Assembly: GCF_018350175.1 (NCBI RefSeq)
Contig: NC_058368.1
Span: 126,730,001-126,794,000 of the forward strand
Direction: 5' to 3'
Length of the DNA stretch: 64,000 nt
Source of the DNA: Felis catus
Taxonomy: Eukaryota
Every line of letters begins with the position of its first letter. Within the stretch, counting starts at the first letter, position 1. Made by a program: the position numbers and the translations under genes. This document shows, piece after piece, positions 62,731 through 64,000 of the stretch. Below the pieces are notes generated by a model, which was given only the letters and a program-made list of their open reading frames with translations, did not search any database and had not been told where the DNA came from.

Positions 62731-64000
62731 CAGTCTAACGAGCGTTCCCCCCTCAAAAAAAAAATAGAGGCTTATTAGTTATAGATTAAGGAAAACACCA
62801 ATCAAGTTTGAAGATACAAGTAAAAATTAATATCCTCTTCATCTAAGTAATATTCTCCCACTTCTATTCCTATCTCCTCTACTCCCACCCAGGGCACGTT
62901 ATTTTCAATACAACTATCTCCAACTAATTCATTTTGTCTTTTCCTCAAGTATTGCTAATCTCTAGGACACAGAGTTTCCAACAACTGCTTGTGATGAAAC
63001 CAACAACACTATTTCTGAGGTCCACATTGAAAGACAACTTAAAATGATTTTCTAACCATTTTCAAACCAACCAAGAAGTATACTACCTCATTTTAACAGT
63101 GATGAATACATAGAGGCCAGGAGTCAACCAACAAGTAGGTGACAAGCCTAAATGACCTAAGGTTTTCAACTGCAGTTTTCACCAAATCACAGATCCATTC
63201 CCCAGATAAGCACAGGCTATCATGTTTCTGCAAGGTTGGCAGCTGCTTCTTTATGCTTTTTTCCTCACTCATATGCATCTAGTGGAATCCACTTCCCGTG
63301 GTCAACATCACTTCAGAGCAAGTGTAAATTAGCATCTGTCTTGGCACCTTTCTGCCGTTGCCCCTATTCATAGAAAGGAAAAGTCAAAAGACAGGGGTCA
63401 GCTAATGGAGATCAAGCCAAAATTAAAAAGACATTTAAAAATAGAACTTGAAAGGGAGGAGTGGTGTTGGTAATGGAAATCCTGGAAACCGATGCATAAC
63501 TATAGGCTTAACAAGGAAGAAAATGGCCTTCACAAAAGAGCATGTGTTGACACTTGAGCTAAAGGGGAAGTTTTGCAAGGGGAAGCAGGTGGGGAGGAAG
63601 AGTTTCTTAGAGATTTGATGCAATGGCCAAGAAATCGAAATATGGTTAAAAAAAAAAAAGGGGGGGGGAGTCTTTCATTGAAAAATAGATGGTGACAGGA
63701 ATTCCCATCCTTCAACTGCAAACCGGGTTTTGTCAGCAATACACGATTTTTATGTATTATCAAAAATTAAATGAAACTTGAAGACATCTAGAATACCTCC
63801 CTTTGTCCTTTCCTGGAAAATACAGTACCTCTTAAGGCATACTTCACATCAACTGGTGCTTGAGTTTCCTAAGGTTATCTAGAACTCTAAACAATTTTTT
63901 TTCAGTATTTGCTTACATACGTGTCTGCCTTTAAATGATAAAGATCTGGAAGATTTTCTTTGTATTGTCGGTAGAAAAGGGAAAACTCTTTAAGCGCAGT

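Noticed and set aside
62730..64000. Apparently unique sequence at the right end, with short ORFs
   Set aside because: No recognisable protein similarity, convincing exon or CpG island; it cannot be assigned without conservation data.

Overview
This is mammalian genomic DNA, almost certainly from a cat or other feliform carnivore: the tRNA-derived Can-SINEs are of the feline type and the LINE-1s are carnivore-type. The only protein-coding feature is the last coding exon of RAB3C (+, 11297-11484, ending [10 protein letters not shown]). It is followed by a ~7.6 kb, almost repeat-free 3'UTR ending at a strong poly(A) site (AATAAA 19055). Upstream (1-9 kb) is the last intron, holding antisense L1 fragments, two SINEs and a Tigger1 remnant. 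Downstream (21.6-62.35 kb) is a ~41 kb nested stack of nearly all + strand L1s, Can-SINEs, one decayed two-LTR MER21/ERV-L-type provirus and one young near-full-length L1 with a clean target-site duplication (TSD). The whole stack appears to sit inside a single ancient L2. The other listed ORFs are retroelement fragments or chance. I found no convincing new biological system. The best leads are a ~500 bp non-repeat island with adjacent ISRE and CTCF motifs, the nested architecture, and motif clusters in the RAB3C 3'UTR. Repeat subfamily names come from recalled consensus sequences, and old-repeat boundaries are approximate.
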